From the IMG/VR virus record IMGVR_UViG_3300009104_000011: a stretch of 64,000 nucleotides of DNA; one strand, given 5' to 3'. The notes under the pieces were generated by a model. The model saw only the letters and a list, made by a program, of their open reading frames with translations. It was not told the DNA's origin and ran no database searches. The position numbers and the translations under genes were made by a program. This stretch comes from an uncultured virus (IMG/VR IMGVR_UViG_3300009104_000011). Lineage: Duplodnaviria; Heunggongvirae; Uroviricota; Caudoviricetes. Below, piece by piece: positions 20,751-30,217 of the stretch; within the stretch, counting starts at the first letter, position 1; every line of letters begins with the position of its first letter.

Positions 20751-21347
20751 ATGGAAGGGATACCTAACATAAAAATTGTGAAAGTAACATCGTGGATAGC
20801 AATCCCTGCTGATATGCAGGGAGAGGATGTCATAGGAACAGAATGGGCGAACGTCCTTCATGTTACCAGCGAAGACATACTAAGCCCCACGGTAGTTACA
20901 GAAACAGCCCACTTAGACGAACCGGTCTTGGTGGAAGAAACAACAATGACTGAGAAACCGAAAAAGCGCGGACGCCCTAAGGGCAGCAAGAACCGCAAAT
21001 CCAAGACGGCAAAGAGAACCAAGAAAGCGATGAAAGACCTCAAGCAGAACAAGAGAGTCTTTACCGGCGCACTCTATGGTTGGAATGCTACAAAAGATGG
21101 TTCGCTCGTTCCTAACTGGAAAGAGCAGAACAACATCGATTGGATGAAAAAAATGATTGGCCTAGGCCATTCTGCTTCGTGGATAGCCAGAATATTGGCT
21201 AATATGAAAGTCACTGGAAAGAGAGGAGGAAAGTGGAATTCTTCTAGCGTTTTGAGAACGACTAGAAATAAATTTCACTCTACTCGTAATGAAGATGAAG
21301 CACCTAAGTGGTTCAAGAATCAGAAAACTCTCAAGTTGAAAGTATAG
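20751..21347 (+). CDS. Protein with AT-hook and recombinase-type DNA-binding domain, no catalytic domain seen
   Basis: KKRGRPKG; LYGW...IARIL....GKRGGKWNSSSV resembles the DNA-binding domain of large serine recombinases. Confidence 0.65.
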   Translation: MEGIPNIKIVKVTSWIAIPADMQGEDVIGTEWANVLHVTSEDILSPTVVTETAHLDEPVLVEETTMTEKPKKRGRPKGSKNRKSKTAKRTKKAMKDLKQNKRVFTGALYGWNATKDGSLVPNWKEQNNIDWMKKMIGLGHSASWIARILANMKVTGKRGGKWNSSSVLRTTRNKFHSTRNEDEAPKWFKNQKTLKLKV

Positions 21348-21366
21348 GCGAATACCGCCTTATTAG

Positions 21367-21705
21367 ATGAGCGAATATAGATATTTTGTTTATGCGGAAA
21401 AGAACCTTCGTGGTTTGAATTCCAATGAAATTAATGATTATATTTTGGGTGCTTGGGAAACCCGTATGCCAGACTATGCTATGGAGTATTGGTCTGGTCA
21501 CGGACAAGCATTTGGTTTTCGCAAATTAACTTGGAAGAATATCTTCAAGGGTAGAAGACATCGAAGTTACATCAAGTCATATGATGTTTCATTTGATGTT
21601 TCTACTTTAGAAGAAGGAAAAAATCTTCTTGCTAGTTTGCAACACCTAACCAAAGACGACGGCGTAACAGTACGCTTAGGAGTCTACCCCACAGAGGAAC
21701 ATTGA
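21367..21705 (+). CDS. Hypothetical protein
   Basis: ORF at ATTA|GATG. Confidence 0.7.
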   Translation: MSEYRYFVYAEKNLRGLNSNEINDYILGAWETRMPDYAMEYWSGHGQAFGFRKLTWKNIFKGRRHRSYIKSYDVSFDVSTLEEGKNLLASLQHLTKDDGVTVRLGVYPTEEH

Positions 21706-21717
21706 TTCCTCAATTAG

Positions 21718-22836
21718 ATGAGTGATAAAATATACACAACACCCACAGTTTACAAGAAAACTAGTACGGGCAAAATCCAGCAATGGACTGCCTGGGTCGA
21801 GAAAACCAAGACGGGCTTTCTATTGAAAGTCCAATCTGGTCAGACCGATGGTAAGTTGAAAGAAACGTCAGGACAAGTTATTGACGAAGGAAAGCAAAAA
21901 CGTTCAGCACAAGAGCAGGCCATATTCGTGGCTAAATCTAAGTTGAAGAAAAAGCGGGATGAAGCCTATTTCGATACAATCGAAGAGGCGCAGACCAAAA
22001 TCAAGTTGCTACCAATGCTAGCGCACCCAATTACAAAGCGCGGCCATAACATAACTTACCCTGCAATCGTTCAACGAAAATTTGACGGAGTACGGTGCCT
22101 CGCCCGAATCGAAGATAACGGCAAGGTAACTTTACTGTCAAGAAAAGGCAAAGAGTTCCCTCACCTTAAGCACATTAGACGCGAAGTTATCAACTTCAAT
22201 AAAAACCCGTCCATAGTGCTAGATGGTGAACTATACTCTGACACCTTAACATTCCAAGAATTAGTTGGACTTGTAAGAAGAGTGACACTCAAACCGGGAA
22301 ACGACACGCAGATGCTTGAAGTTTCCCTTAGAGTGTATGATTGTATTGACCTCGATAACGAGCCAGATTTCAAAGACCGATACGTAACTATCACCGATAT
22401 AACAAACGGTGCTAAGTATCTGAGTCTAGTTGAAAACGTAACCGTAACTTCTGAAAAAGAAGTTCACGCAGCGCAGGCTCGATTCGTGGCAGAAGGCTAT
22501 GAAGGTGCTATGGTTAGAAATCTAACCGGAGCATACGCCATTGGAAAAAGAAGTGCTAACCTCCAGAAAGTGAAGACTTTCTTAGACGGCGAATATGAAA
22601 TCGTCGGGTTTACGCAAGGAACAGGCGACGAGACCGGTTGCGTCATTTGGATCTGTAAGACCAAAGACGGACAGGAATTCAGAGTCAGACCTCGTGGAAC
22701 CAGAGAGGAAAGGCAAGAATATTTCAAGAACGGAAAAGACTACATCGGCAAGATGCTCACGGTAAGATACCAAGAGTTGACCGATGATGGTATTCCAAGA
22801 TTCCCAGTGGGAATCGCCATTCGTGACTACGAATGA
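21718..22836 (+). CDS. lig: ATP-dependent DNA ligase
   Basis: Motif I QRKFDGVR, LDGELY, EGYEGAMVR, LQKVK, C-terminal OB with PRFP. Confidence 0.92.
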   Translation: MSDKIYTTPTVYKKTSTGKIQQWTAWVEKTKTGFLLKVQSGQTDGKLKETSGQVIDEGKQKRSAQEQAIFVAKSKLKKKRDEAYFDTIEEAQTKIKLLPMLAHPITKRGHNITYPAIVQRKFDGVRCLARIEDNGKVTLLSRKGKEFPHLKHIRREVINFNKNPSIVLDGELYSDTLTFQELVGLVRRVTLKPGNDTQMLEVSLRVYDCIDLDNEPDFKDRYVTITDITNGAKYLSLVENVTVTSEKEVHAAQARFVAEGYEGAMVRNLTGAYAIGKRSANLQKVKTFLDGEYEIVGFTQGTGDETGCVIWICKTKDGQEFRVRPRGTREERQEYFKNGKDYIGKMLTVRYQELTDDGIPRFPVGIAIRDYE

Positions 22837-22852
22837 GGTTAATCGCCTATTA

Positions 22853-22933
22853 GGAGAGTTGTGCAATCAAGGAAAACGTACAAGTTGCACGAAAAAACTG
22901 ATATTACAAAAACATATATCAGTCTCTCTAACA
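22853..22933 (+). ncRNA. Small structured RNA unit (81 nt)
   Basis: GGAGAG/CTCTCT + AACA|GATG; internal stems gtgcaa/ttgcac, actgatat/atatcagt. Confidence 0.6.
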
Positions 22934-22934
22934 G

Positions 22935-24167
22935 ATGGACAATAAAAATGAAAATCATGGATACGCAGTTGATGGTAAATTGAAGAAATCGACTAAGGGC
23001 TACATAGTTCTTAGTTCGATAAAAGCAGGACGAATAAGTTATACACAAATAGTTAGGGTCGCTAGAGCAAACAAACTCAAGCAATCCCAGATACCTCACC
23101 TTAGATCAGCGAAGAACGCTTTTGCTAAGGCTAAGGACTCTTTGAAAGGCGTGTCACTTCCTACCCTCTTAGAATTAGAGGGCTGGGACGGACAAGTCAA
23201 ACAAAGTATTAACGTGACTCCGTTAAAGAGAGCAAATGAATACCAAGTCTCCATTGTGAGAGAAGGTAGGATGAGAGGAAAGCGCCACAAGGCAAGTGTT
23301 CCAGCATTTAGGCTGGAATTTAACCCGCCCGAAGGTGTAGACCATCGCGCATGGATCAGAGATTACATGCGTGCTTTCTGGGACGAGAAGTACAAGAAAT
23401 TGATACTGGAAGGAAAAGAAACAGTTCCCGAGTTATCAGAAATAACTAGATGCATTACAGTCGCCGGATATTGGGAAGGCGAATCTGTCGATGCTGCACT
23501 TATAGAAAATCTGAGGACAAGAATAATCCGAGCATTCCAGACCAGCGTGGTCGGAGTGGATGGAGAAATGCTTCGTCAGACGATGGAAGATGTTCTACTA
23601 AGACAACTCAACGGTGTAAAATTTCTGGCAGGAAGAGGGGCAGTTTATGTCCCACAGAAAACGAAAGATGGTAAGGATACGTCCGAAACCCTCGACCGTT
23701 TAGAGCGGCTTATTGCTGCCTTCTCTGCTGGAGTAAATGTAGTTAGTGACGAAACTAACTACTACAACGAAGAAGATGAACCCGTAAACCGTTACGGGCG
23801 AAAGACCGAATTCCGCTATCTAGGTTATCTAGATGGCGCAAGGGAATTAGAATATATCCGTCAGGATATAGGAAATACCCTTTCAGCGGAAGTGTCAGAA
23901 TACTGGGCCGAATTGGTCGAGGTTGCTGCCACTTTCAACGACGACAAGGTCGAAGACTTTGAGAAAAAGTTAAATCGATTCAAAGCCCGAAAGGCTAAGA
24001 TCGAGAAGAGGATCCAAGTTATTGGTGCTTCTGTTGGTGGAGAAATCCCCATTAGGAGGCAACTATACAGTGATTTGAATACTAAACTAAACAGCAGAAT
24101 TGCTGCAATCCCTCCAAAGAGGAATGCAGTAAGAGTTGCTCTCAAGGATCTTATCGAATTCAATTGA
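22935..24167 (+). CDS. Hypothetical protein, possibly DUF6744-like
   Basis: 410 aa; GRGAVYVP motif and C-terminal coiled coil recall proteins linked to DUF1257/DUF2997 modules (weak). Confidence 0.6.
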   Translation: MDNKNENHGYAVDGKLKKSTKGYIVLSSIKAGRISYTQIVRVARANKLKQSQIPHLRSAKNAFAKAKDSLKGVSLPTLLELEGWDGQVKQSINVTPLKRANEYQVSIVREGRMRGKRHKASVPAFRLEFNPPEGVDHRAWIRDYMRAFWDEKYKKLILEGKETVPELSEITRCITVAGYWEGESVDAALIENLRTRIIRAFQTSVVGVDGEMLRQTMEDVLLRQLNGVKFLAGRGAVYVPQKTKDGKDTSETLDRLERLIAAFSAGVNVVSDETNYYNEEDEPVNRYGRKTEFRYLGYLDGARELEYIRQDIGNTLSAEVSEYWAELVEVAATFNDDKVEDFEKKLNRFKARKAKIEKRIQVIGASVGGEIPIRRQLYSDLNTKLNSRIAAIPPKRNAVRVALKDLIEFN

Positions 24168-24185
24168 GGCTAATGCCTCATATTA

Positions 24186-24577
24186 GATACGAACTTATTC
24201 ACTACCGATTAGCCCTACCACGTGATAGGCTCTGATCCGATGTGATGTATCGCATAGGCCTCTGCATTTGGCAGCAAATTGCGCAGAACCCACCCTATGC
24301 AGCAAAACCGGATTCTTAACTAATATTCAAAAAAAAATTGAATATAGCCAGAATCAAAAACCACCCGGTAGTGTGGTATTAAAATAAAAATGAGCAGGTA
24401 AAATCACGCTAAAAAAGAGCGGAGGACCTGTTGTCTCTTGATTGTAAATATGACAGAGATGGAATACTGACTGTGCTTAGTCTAACGACGTATTCCCGCG
24501 GCCTTTCATGGCCTTCAAAATAAATTAATTTATCTTGATGGAAAAAAACATAATTCGTTGCATAAAAAGCAACATTA
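24186..24577 (+). ncRNA. Non-coding unit between two junction motifs
   Basis: No ORF; hairpins (agcccta/taggct, tatattcaa/ttgaatata, ctgttgtc/gacag); ends gttgc-ataaaaa-gcaac-ATTA|G. Confidence 0.45.
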
Positions 24578-25338
24578 GAGAGTATACAATCTGAGGTCGA
24601 AAGACCAATGACGTAAGCCGAAAATTAAGCAAACTTGTTTGCAACGATTGAGACTATGCTGCGCAAAGACGCTGCGCTTCTCAATTTGCTGCACTCGTTC
24701 ACTTAACGGCTCATCCTACGGACAAGCACTTCAGAGTCACAACTCTGAAGCATTACCCTAACATCCCTACCACCTTGCGGCTCCGCTGCGGTGCTAACGG
24801 GAGGTAACGGGCACGCAAAGAGTAGATTGCGCAGCGCGCGATCTACTCGGTGCTAATCCTACGGAACAACATCTCAAAAACGAGAACGATTAAGTTTCGC
24901 CTTTGCTGGTTAACGCTGCGCGTGTGACCTGCGGTCACAAACCAACTGCGACGAAATGCACTGCGTTACTTAATCAACGGATCGAAGATCCTCGTTCTAC
25001 GTTTTGTTGCATGTTTGAGCCTATTTATCGCCTACACAACCAGACCTACGGTCATAGACTTGGCAGCCCAAGCGCTGCAGACTCATGGTTGTGAAAGGCT
25101 TCGGCTCCTCGGAACACTGCGGCTTTTAAGTCGCAAACTGATGACCTTGCGCCAACGGACTGCGCTATTTCATACTAAAATGAAATTTGCTACGCAATCG
25201 CTAGTCCTGCGAGTCAATCAACCACGAACGCCTCTACGAGGCTTGCTCATTTCACGAGCACATTATTGATTGGCCCTCGCGGCTTGGCTCAACCGGTTCA
25301 TCGCCAAGTTCCTCGGAAACTTAATCTTACTCTCACTA
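24578..25338 (+). ncRNA. K-turn family RNA (~760 nt)
   Basis: GAGAGTA/TACTCTC + ACTA; CTGA-GGTC-GAAA-GACC-AAT-GACG at 24591-24613 (identical to 11833 copy); many hairpins (cttcagagt/actctgaag, gagtagat/atctactc). Confidence 0.72.
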
Positions 25339-25345
25339 GATTGAT

Positions 25346-25765
25346 ATGAATGCATACAATAACCAAGAAGAAGGGTTACCAGAGGATTCGTTGAAAGCGG
25401 CTGATGTAATTGATCAGCCTGAACACGAAACTGTAGTCTCTGGCCCACCAATAAAGAAAATTGTGTCCAATGAGCAATTCATTAGGGCATGGAATGGAGC
25501 AGAGTATCTATCAGAAGCAGCAGAAGCAATGGGCATACAGCCCGAATCTGCAAGAGCACGAGCAGCAAAGTTGAGAAAGACTTTTGCTAAGGCTGGAGTG
25601 AACCTTACACTAAAGGTTCACAAGAGAAAGCCAAGATCAGACCGAGCAGGTCTAGCAGATAACTCTGCTGAACTTGCCCGTCTTGCTCAGATTGCATCTG
25701 ACACATACGAAGCAGACCAGACAAATGAGTCTGAGAACATAGAGCCAGTCGAATCACAAGAGTGA
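25346..25765 (+). CDS. Putative HTH DNA-binding protein
   Basis: LSEAAEAMGIQPESARARAAKLRK HTH-like segment. Confidence 0.6.
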   Translation: MNAYNNQEEGLPEDSLKAADVIDQPEHETVVSGPPIKKIVSNEQFIRAWNGAEYLSEAAEAMGIQPESARARAAKLRKTFAKAGVNLTLKVHKRKPRSDRAGLADNSAELARLAQIASDTYEADQTNESENIEPVESQE

Positions 25766-25783
25766 TTTGTCTGTCTCTTATTA

Positions 25784-26439
25784 GAGAGTTCTTACACTGA
25801 GGCCACAAGCCTATGACGTTTAAGTAACCACGTCTAAAGAACCGCATTAGGTTCTGAGACGCTACGCTATCCGACCTACATAAACAACCGTTCTAAAGTC
25901 CATCGCGGAAATCCGCGAAAGGTATTGGCAAATGAATTACCAATACAGTTGCATTCGCAACGCCGGAGAACGACTTTTGTGGGCAATTGCCCAGTCGTCC
26001 TTGTCCGGTCGAGTGATGGAAAAGAACGATGTTCAGGTAGATAGTACTGCGCATAAAGCGCAAGCAGACGAACATTGGTCAATAAATTGACCGCCGTTCG
26101 GAAACGGCTCTGCAGAGCATTAGATTTGCAACAGCATTACGACAATGGTAGTGCCACGAGGAACAATAGGAGCAGAAAGAATTTGACAATCAAAGATTGA
26201 GCGTGATTCCACGCTTGTCTAAATCAACCGGCCTACGGCCACAGGTTGATTCTTAACGACTCAAATTAATACTGGTCCATAATGTTCCACAGGCACCCTC
26301 CTCTGTCGTAACACTTGTAACGCACGTTAGATAAAGCAGCATTAGACTGCATTATAGTGAAGCGAATCAGATGATTCCAATAGGATGGGACCAAGTTCCC
26401 ATCTTAGCAGAGAAACTTAAAAACTAGATCTCTCAACTA
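25784..26439 (+). ncRNA. K-turn family RNA (~656 nt)
   Basis: GAGAG/CTCTC + (A)ACTA; CTGA-GGC-cacaa-GCC-TAT-GACG at 25797-25818; hairpins ggtcaat/attgacc, gccgtt/aacggc. Confidence 0.68.
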
Positions 26440-26440
26440 G

Positions 26441-26584
26441 ATGGAAGTAAGCAGCATAATTATGACTGTATTTACATACACCCTTGTCGGTCTTGGTTTT
26501 GCGTGTGGATTTGAAATATTTCGCCGCATAAAAGCAAGAATGAACAAAGGAAAGAACTCACAGCGAAACCAAAGATGGCTGTGA
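26441..26584 (+). CDS. Micro membrane protein (47 aa, MEVSSIIMTVF...)
   Basis: ATG at ACTA|G; hydrophobic N-terminus, basic tail; stop within next hairpin. Confidence 0.55.
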   Translation: MEVSSIIMTVFTYTLVGLGFACGFEIFRRIKARMNKGKNSQRNQRWL

Positions 26585-26592
26585 GTCTATTA

Positions 26593-26721
26593 GATAGGAC
26601 CAAGACTATTGACCGCTAGCGTTGTGTTAGTTTTATTTCTTGGTATGATCAAGGACTAATACAACCGTGTAGGTCGGTATTGGGGGGAAACCTATCTGAC
26701 AGTCGGGAAAGACCGGCACTA
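26593..26721 (+). ncRNA. Small non-coding unit ending in CCG-GAAAGA-CGG type hairpin
   Basis: Bounded by junctions; gtcgggaaagaccggc + ACTA|G. Confidence 0.45.
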
Positions 26722-27108
26722 GGAGAGATAATTAAACCGAGGTGAAAGCCTATGACGTACTCTTGCTAAAGTACACAGACATTCACAGACGAACATAAAG
26801 TGAAACGCAGATGTGGTGCATGCGCACCTTATCGCGAGATTAGCGATTATAACCTTCTGTGCAAATCTGGGTATTTATCAAGAGGTATCCGATCGCATGC
26901 GAGTGTGACGGTATCACTTCAAAACAAAAAGAACGCATATGCGTTTGCTTCTAATTCTTATGGGAGTTTTACACACAAGCGAAGGGCAACTAATAGGCTA
27001 TGCATTTAGTAAAGCCGTAGCCCACTCGCTGGTGTAAAGCCCCATATCATATTAGTTTAACAGTGCAGTAAACTGCATTTGTTTTGAAAATTAGTTTACT
27101 CTCCACTA
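26722..27108 (+). ncRNA. K-turn family RNA (~387 nt)
   Basis: GGAGAG/CTCTCC + ACTA|GATG; CCGA-GGT-GAAA-GCC-TAT-GACG at 26737-26757; stem gcgagtg/cactcgc. Confidence 0.72.
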
Positions 27109-27109
27109 G

Positions 27110-28267
27110 ATGAGTAACAAATGGAAAACTCAAGAGACAAGATGCATTTCTAGAAATCCTAGAGATAGAAAGCAATGCAAAATTCAAGTCGTTGCAGGAA
27201 ATTATTTGTGTGAACATCACAAATTTGATCTTGCTGCGATAGCAAATGACCCCAGTTCATGTATAAAAATCATGACTGAGAGGTTTCCAAAAAGACATCA
27301 CCCTGCCTGCGACCAAAAAGGAGAGAATGATTGTGATTGCCACGATTACTCTCAAGGAGCGCACGCTGTGATGACTTTGAAGAAAGGGTTTGAGCAAAGC
27401 AAATTGCTAAGCCCTCTCTATAAGAAGCATCTAAGACTGACCATGAAGAATAAGGTAAGTAGAATTAAGAGATACTATAACTCTATCACAGAGGATAATC
27501 TCTATCTACCTCCTTATCCTAACTTTAGGCAGTATAGATTCTTCTGTTGGGACCCAAATACTCAAAGAATAGTAGTCAAAGTGTTGAAAGACACTGTTAG
27601 AAACAAGACTATTTTACTGAGTCATTTGAGAAGATTGGCACCTTTGCACGTGTATTACACGACAGGAACATGGCTGAATCCACAAGGAATCGGCCCTGAC
27701 CCTGAATCACGCAAGGGAGTAGCCAAAATGAGGAAGAAGGGTTGGTGTTCTCCGTCAAAGAAAGTAACTTTGAAGAGATACCACAATACCCTGATCAAGC
27801 GTGATTTATATTTCGATGTAGATTACGACAACAAAGATTACCATCAAGGAATACAAATGCTGATAGAACTATGGGACAGTTTAGACAAACTCAAAGCATT
27901 GGGTGAGTCAGAAGTCCAAATAGTTTTCAGTGGAGGCAAAGGCTTCCACTTGATAGCCAATGGCTATTACGACCAAGCAACAAGTTGGGGCTATGCCCCG
28001 TTAAGAGAGTATGTGAATACTCCAGATAAGAACGAGCGCATAGAAACTCACTACAAATTGTTAGTGGAACAAATAAGAAAAGCATACCCAAGTCTATTAC
28101 TAGACTGGATGGTTACTTGGGACAATCGGAGAATCATTCGATTACCAGGAACGATCCATGGTAAAACCTTGCGCGTTTGTAAAGAAATAACCCTCAACGA
28201 CGAAAGTATCATGAGGGATTCCCGCGGACGGGTGATTGGGTACAACCCAGACCCGTGCATTCCTTGA
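27110..28267 (+). CDS. Archaeo-eukaryotic primase (PriS-like) with N-terminal Cys/His-rich region
   Basis: LYFDVD (motif I), FSGGKGFH (motif II), DNRRIIRLPGTIHGKT (motif III). Confidence 0.85.
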   Translation: MSNKWKTQETRCISRNPRDRKQCKIQVVAGNYLCEHHKFDLAAIANDPSSCIKIMTERFPKRHHPACDQKGENDCDCHDYSQGAHAVMTLKKGFEQSKLLSPLYKKHLRLTMKNKVSRIKRYYNSITEDNLYLPPYPNFRQYRFFCWDPNTQRIVVKVLKDTVRNKTILLSHLRRLAPLHVYYTTGTWLNPQGIGPDPESRKGVAKMRKKGWCSPSKKVTLKRYHNTLIKRDLYFDVDYDNKDYHQGIQMLIELWDSLDKLKALGESEVQIVFSGGKGFHLIANGYYDQATSWGYAPLREYVNTPDKNERIETHYKLLVEQIRKAYPSLLLDWMVTWDNRRIIRLPGTIHGKTLRVCKEITLNDESIMRDSRGRVIGYNPDPCIP

Positions 28268-28277
28268 GGGATATTAG

Positions 28278-28877
28278 ATGACGATTGTAAAAATATACGT
28301 CGATGGCTCAGCCATAAATAACGAAAACCCGAACGTCCCTACTTTAGGAGGCGTAGGGATTGGTGTGTGGGCTGTTTCGACTCTCCCCGTTTTTGGGAAA
28401 GCAACAGAACACGAAGGAGCCCATGTTTATTGGACCGTTAAGAATCATCAAATTGATGATGAAATCGTGACGATTCCAAATGGAAACATAAGTAAACCAA
28501 TTAAATTGGATTTGGGTAAAACGACGAATAACACAACCGAACTAGCCGCTATTTACGGCGCGCTAGAGATGATAAAACTATCAAACTGGGAGAAACAGAA
28601 TGCTAGTTACATCATCTATGGCGATTCGCAATATGCTGGAAACTTAGTTTTCGGCAAATGGCGGGCAAAAGATAACAAAGAGTTGGTCGCGAAGACTAAG
28701 GCTTTACTCAAAGAAGTAAGGAACTTAGGAATTAATGTCGAATGGGAACACGTAAGAGCCCATACTAATGACAAATTCAATGACTACGCAGACTATCTCG
28801 CAAAAAGTGGCGCATATAGTGTGCCAGAAGACGAAATGCTGACCTTTAATCGGCATAGTAAACCGATCGTTGCGTGA
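28278..28877 (+). CDS. rnhA: Ribonuclease HI
   Basis: YVDGS, TNNTTEL, YGDSQY, WEHVRAH, NDYADYLAK. Confidence 0.9.
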   Translation: MTIVKIYVDGSAINNENPNVPTLGGVGIGVWAVSTLPVFGKATEHEGAHVYWTVKNHQIDDEIVTIPNGNISKPIKLDLGKTTNNTTELAAIYGALEMIKLSNWEKQNASYIIYGDSQYAGNLVFGKWRAKDNKELVAKTKALLKEVRNLGINVEWEHVRAHTNDKFNDYADYLAKSGAYSVPEDEMLTFNRHSKPIVA

Positions 28878-28888
28878 CGATCTATTAG

Positions 28889-29692
28889 ATGACAAAAGAC
28901 AATGAAAACACAACTTTCATGGGGATAGAGATCCCCACAGATCGAATATCAGACGCAATCGAACTGCGAGCAGAAGTTATTGCTTTATGCAATAAATTTC
29001 TATTTGACGCAGAAGCGTCTCAAATCGAGATTCAAAACCTAATCACTACAAATAAAACACTAAGACGTGTTGCGATGCAAGTGTTCACAGATTGGCGAGA
29101 CACCAATCAGAAAAGACTTGACATAGTGACCAAAGGAATAAATCCGGCTGTGAAAAAGAAGCAGCCACAAGTCATTGGAGTTGATGAAACAAATCAAGCC
29201 ATTGAGACTCATATAAGTCTCAAAGGAGAACACTATGATAAATCTAAGCGCCTAGATACAGGCAAATCTTGGGTTTACAAGATCTACATTGCGTGCTGCG
29301 AATTGCTCTATGAGAAAATCGCAGACGAAATATACAAACTGAGGACAGCAGGAGAAGATGCAACCGTCGAGGTTGCTCTCAACAATATCGAAATCGATAT
29401 CTATTCCTATTTATCGTATATCAAGGAAGACTTCCAAGATAGCGAAGAGGAATTGAGCGTTGATGATCTCCATGGAGCCGTTATAGCGACGTTAGTCGAA
29501 GATGATTGGCTACTCAGTGAGAATAACCTTGGTCGCCTCACGCTTTTACCGTGGGCAAAAGGTGTTCCAGGTTGGGAAGACCCAACTGGTGCTATTACAG
29601 AGCACGCAATGATAAGAGCATACAAAGAACACCCTAATGAGCCAACTGCAAGGTTGGAATACCTTAGGAATATCAACTCTAGAAAGGAGTAG
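28889..29692 (+). CDS. Hypothetical protein
   Basis: 267 aa ORF at junction. Confidence 0.75.
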   Translation: MTKDNENTTFMGIEIPTDRISDAIELRAEVIALCNKFLFDAEASQIEIQNLITTNKTLRRVAMQVFTDWRDTNQKRLDIVTKGINPAVKKKQPQVIGVDETNQAIETHISLKGEHYDKSKRLDTGKSWVYKIYIACCELLYEKIADEIYKLRTAGEDATVEVALNNIEIDIYSYLSYIKEDFQDSEEELSVDDLHGAVIATLVEDDWLLSENNLGRLTLLPWAKGVPGWEDPTGAITEHAMIRAYKEHPNEPTARLEYLRNINSRKE

Positions 29693-29769
29693 TTACGCTA
29701 CTCCCTATTAGGTAAAGCAATAACTATAAGCCTTCAATTACAGGCTTAGATTACTAGGAGATAACAAAT

Positions 29770-30198
29770 ATGTCTACGCAAACAAAACTGAGCGACTTCC
29801 TTAAAGAAGTCGGAGAAGAAGACGAATTGCACCGCACGCCCGATGTCGAAATTGAGTCCTATACGACTCTTAAGGCAGAATTTGACACAGTATATGAGAA
29901 CTATATTGTCGAAGGATTCACCTCAGACATCGCAAGCGAATTTGGTGGAACGAACACAGCAGTGAGAATGACCTCGCCGGAAGGAGAGAAGGTCACACTA
30001 TGGGTCGGCTCTTACGAGCAGGACCACTTTCTAAGGAAGGTGGCCCAGTGGAAGAAGCAGGGCCATGAACTACCTGTGAAGATTTCGTTCGCCAGGGTGA
30101 AGGTTCCATCTAAGGATGGAAAGAGAGAGTACAATAGGCTCCAAATTAAGACTATTGCAGTTGGCGACGAAGTCGCTACTGAACTCCAAACACTTTGA
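29770..30198 (+). CDS. Hypothetical protein, possible OB-fold ssDNA-binding protein
   Basis: Beta-rich pattern, GGAG leader; fold is a guess. Confidence 0.5.
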   Translation: MSTQTKLSDFLKEVGEEDELHRTPDVEIESYTTLKAEFDTVYENYIVEGFTSDIASEFGGTNTAVRMTSPEGEKVTLWVGSYEQDHFLRKVAQWKKQGHELPVKISFARVKVPSKDGKREYNRLQIKTIAVGDEVATELQTL

Positions 30199-30217
30199 GA
30201 CCCAGTCTCAATATTAG

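Noticed and set aside
24903..27009. Short ORFs inside the ncRNA units (24903, 25015, 25876, 26800; also 10002, 10471, 3965, 4793)
   Set aside because: Mostly non-ATG starts, no junction or SD, atypical composition, overlap strong RNA structure
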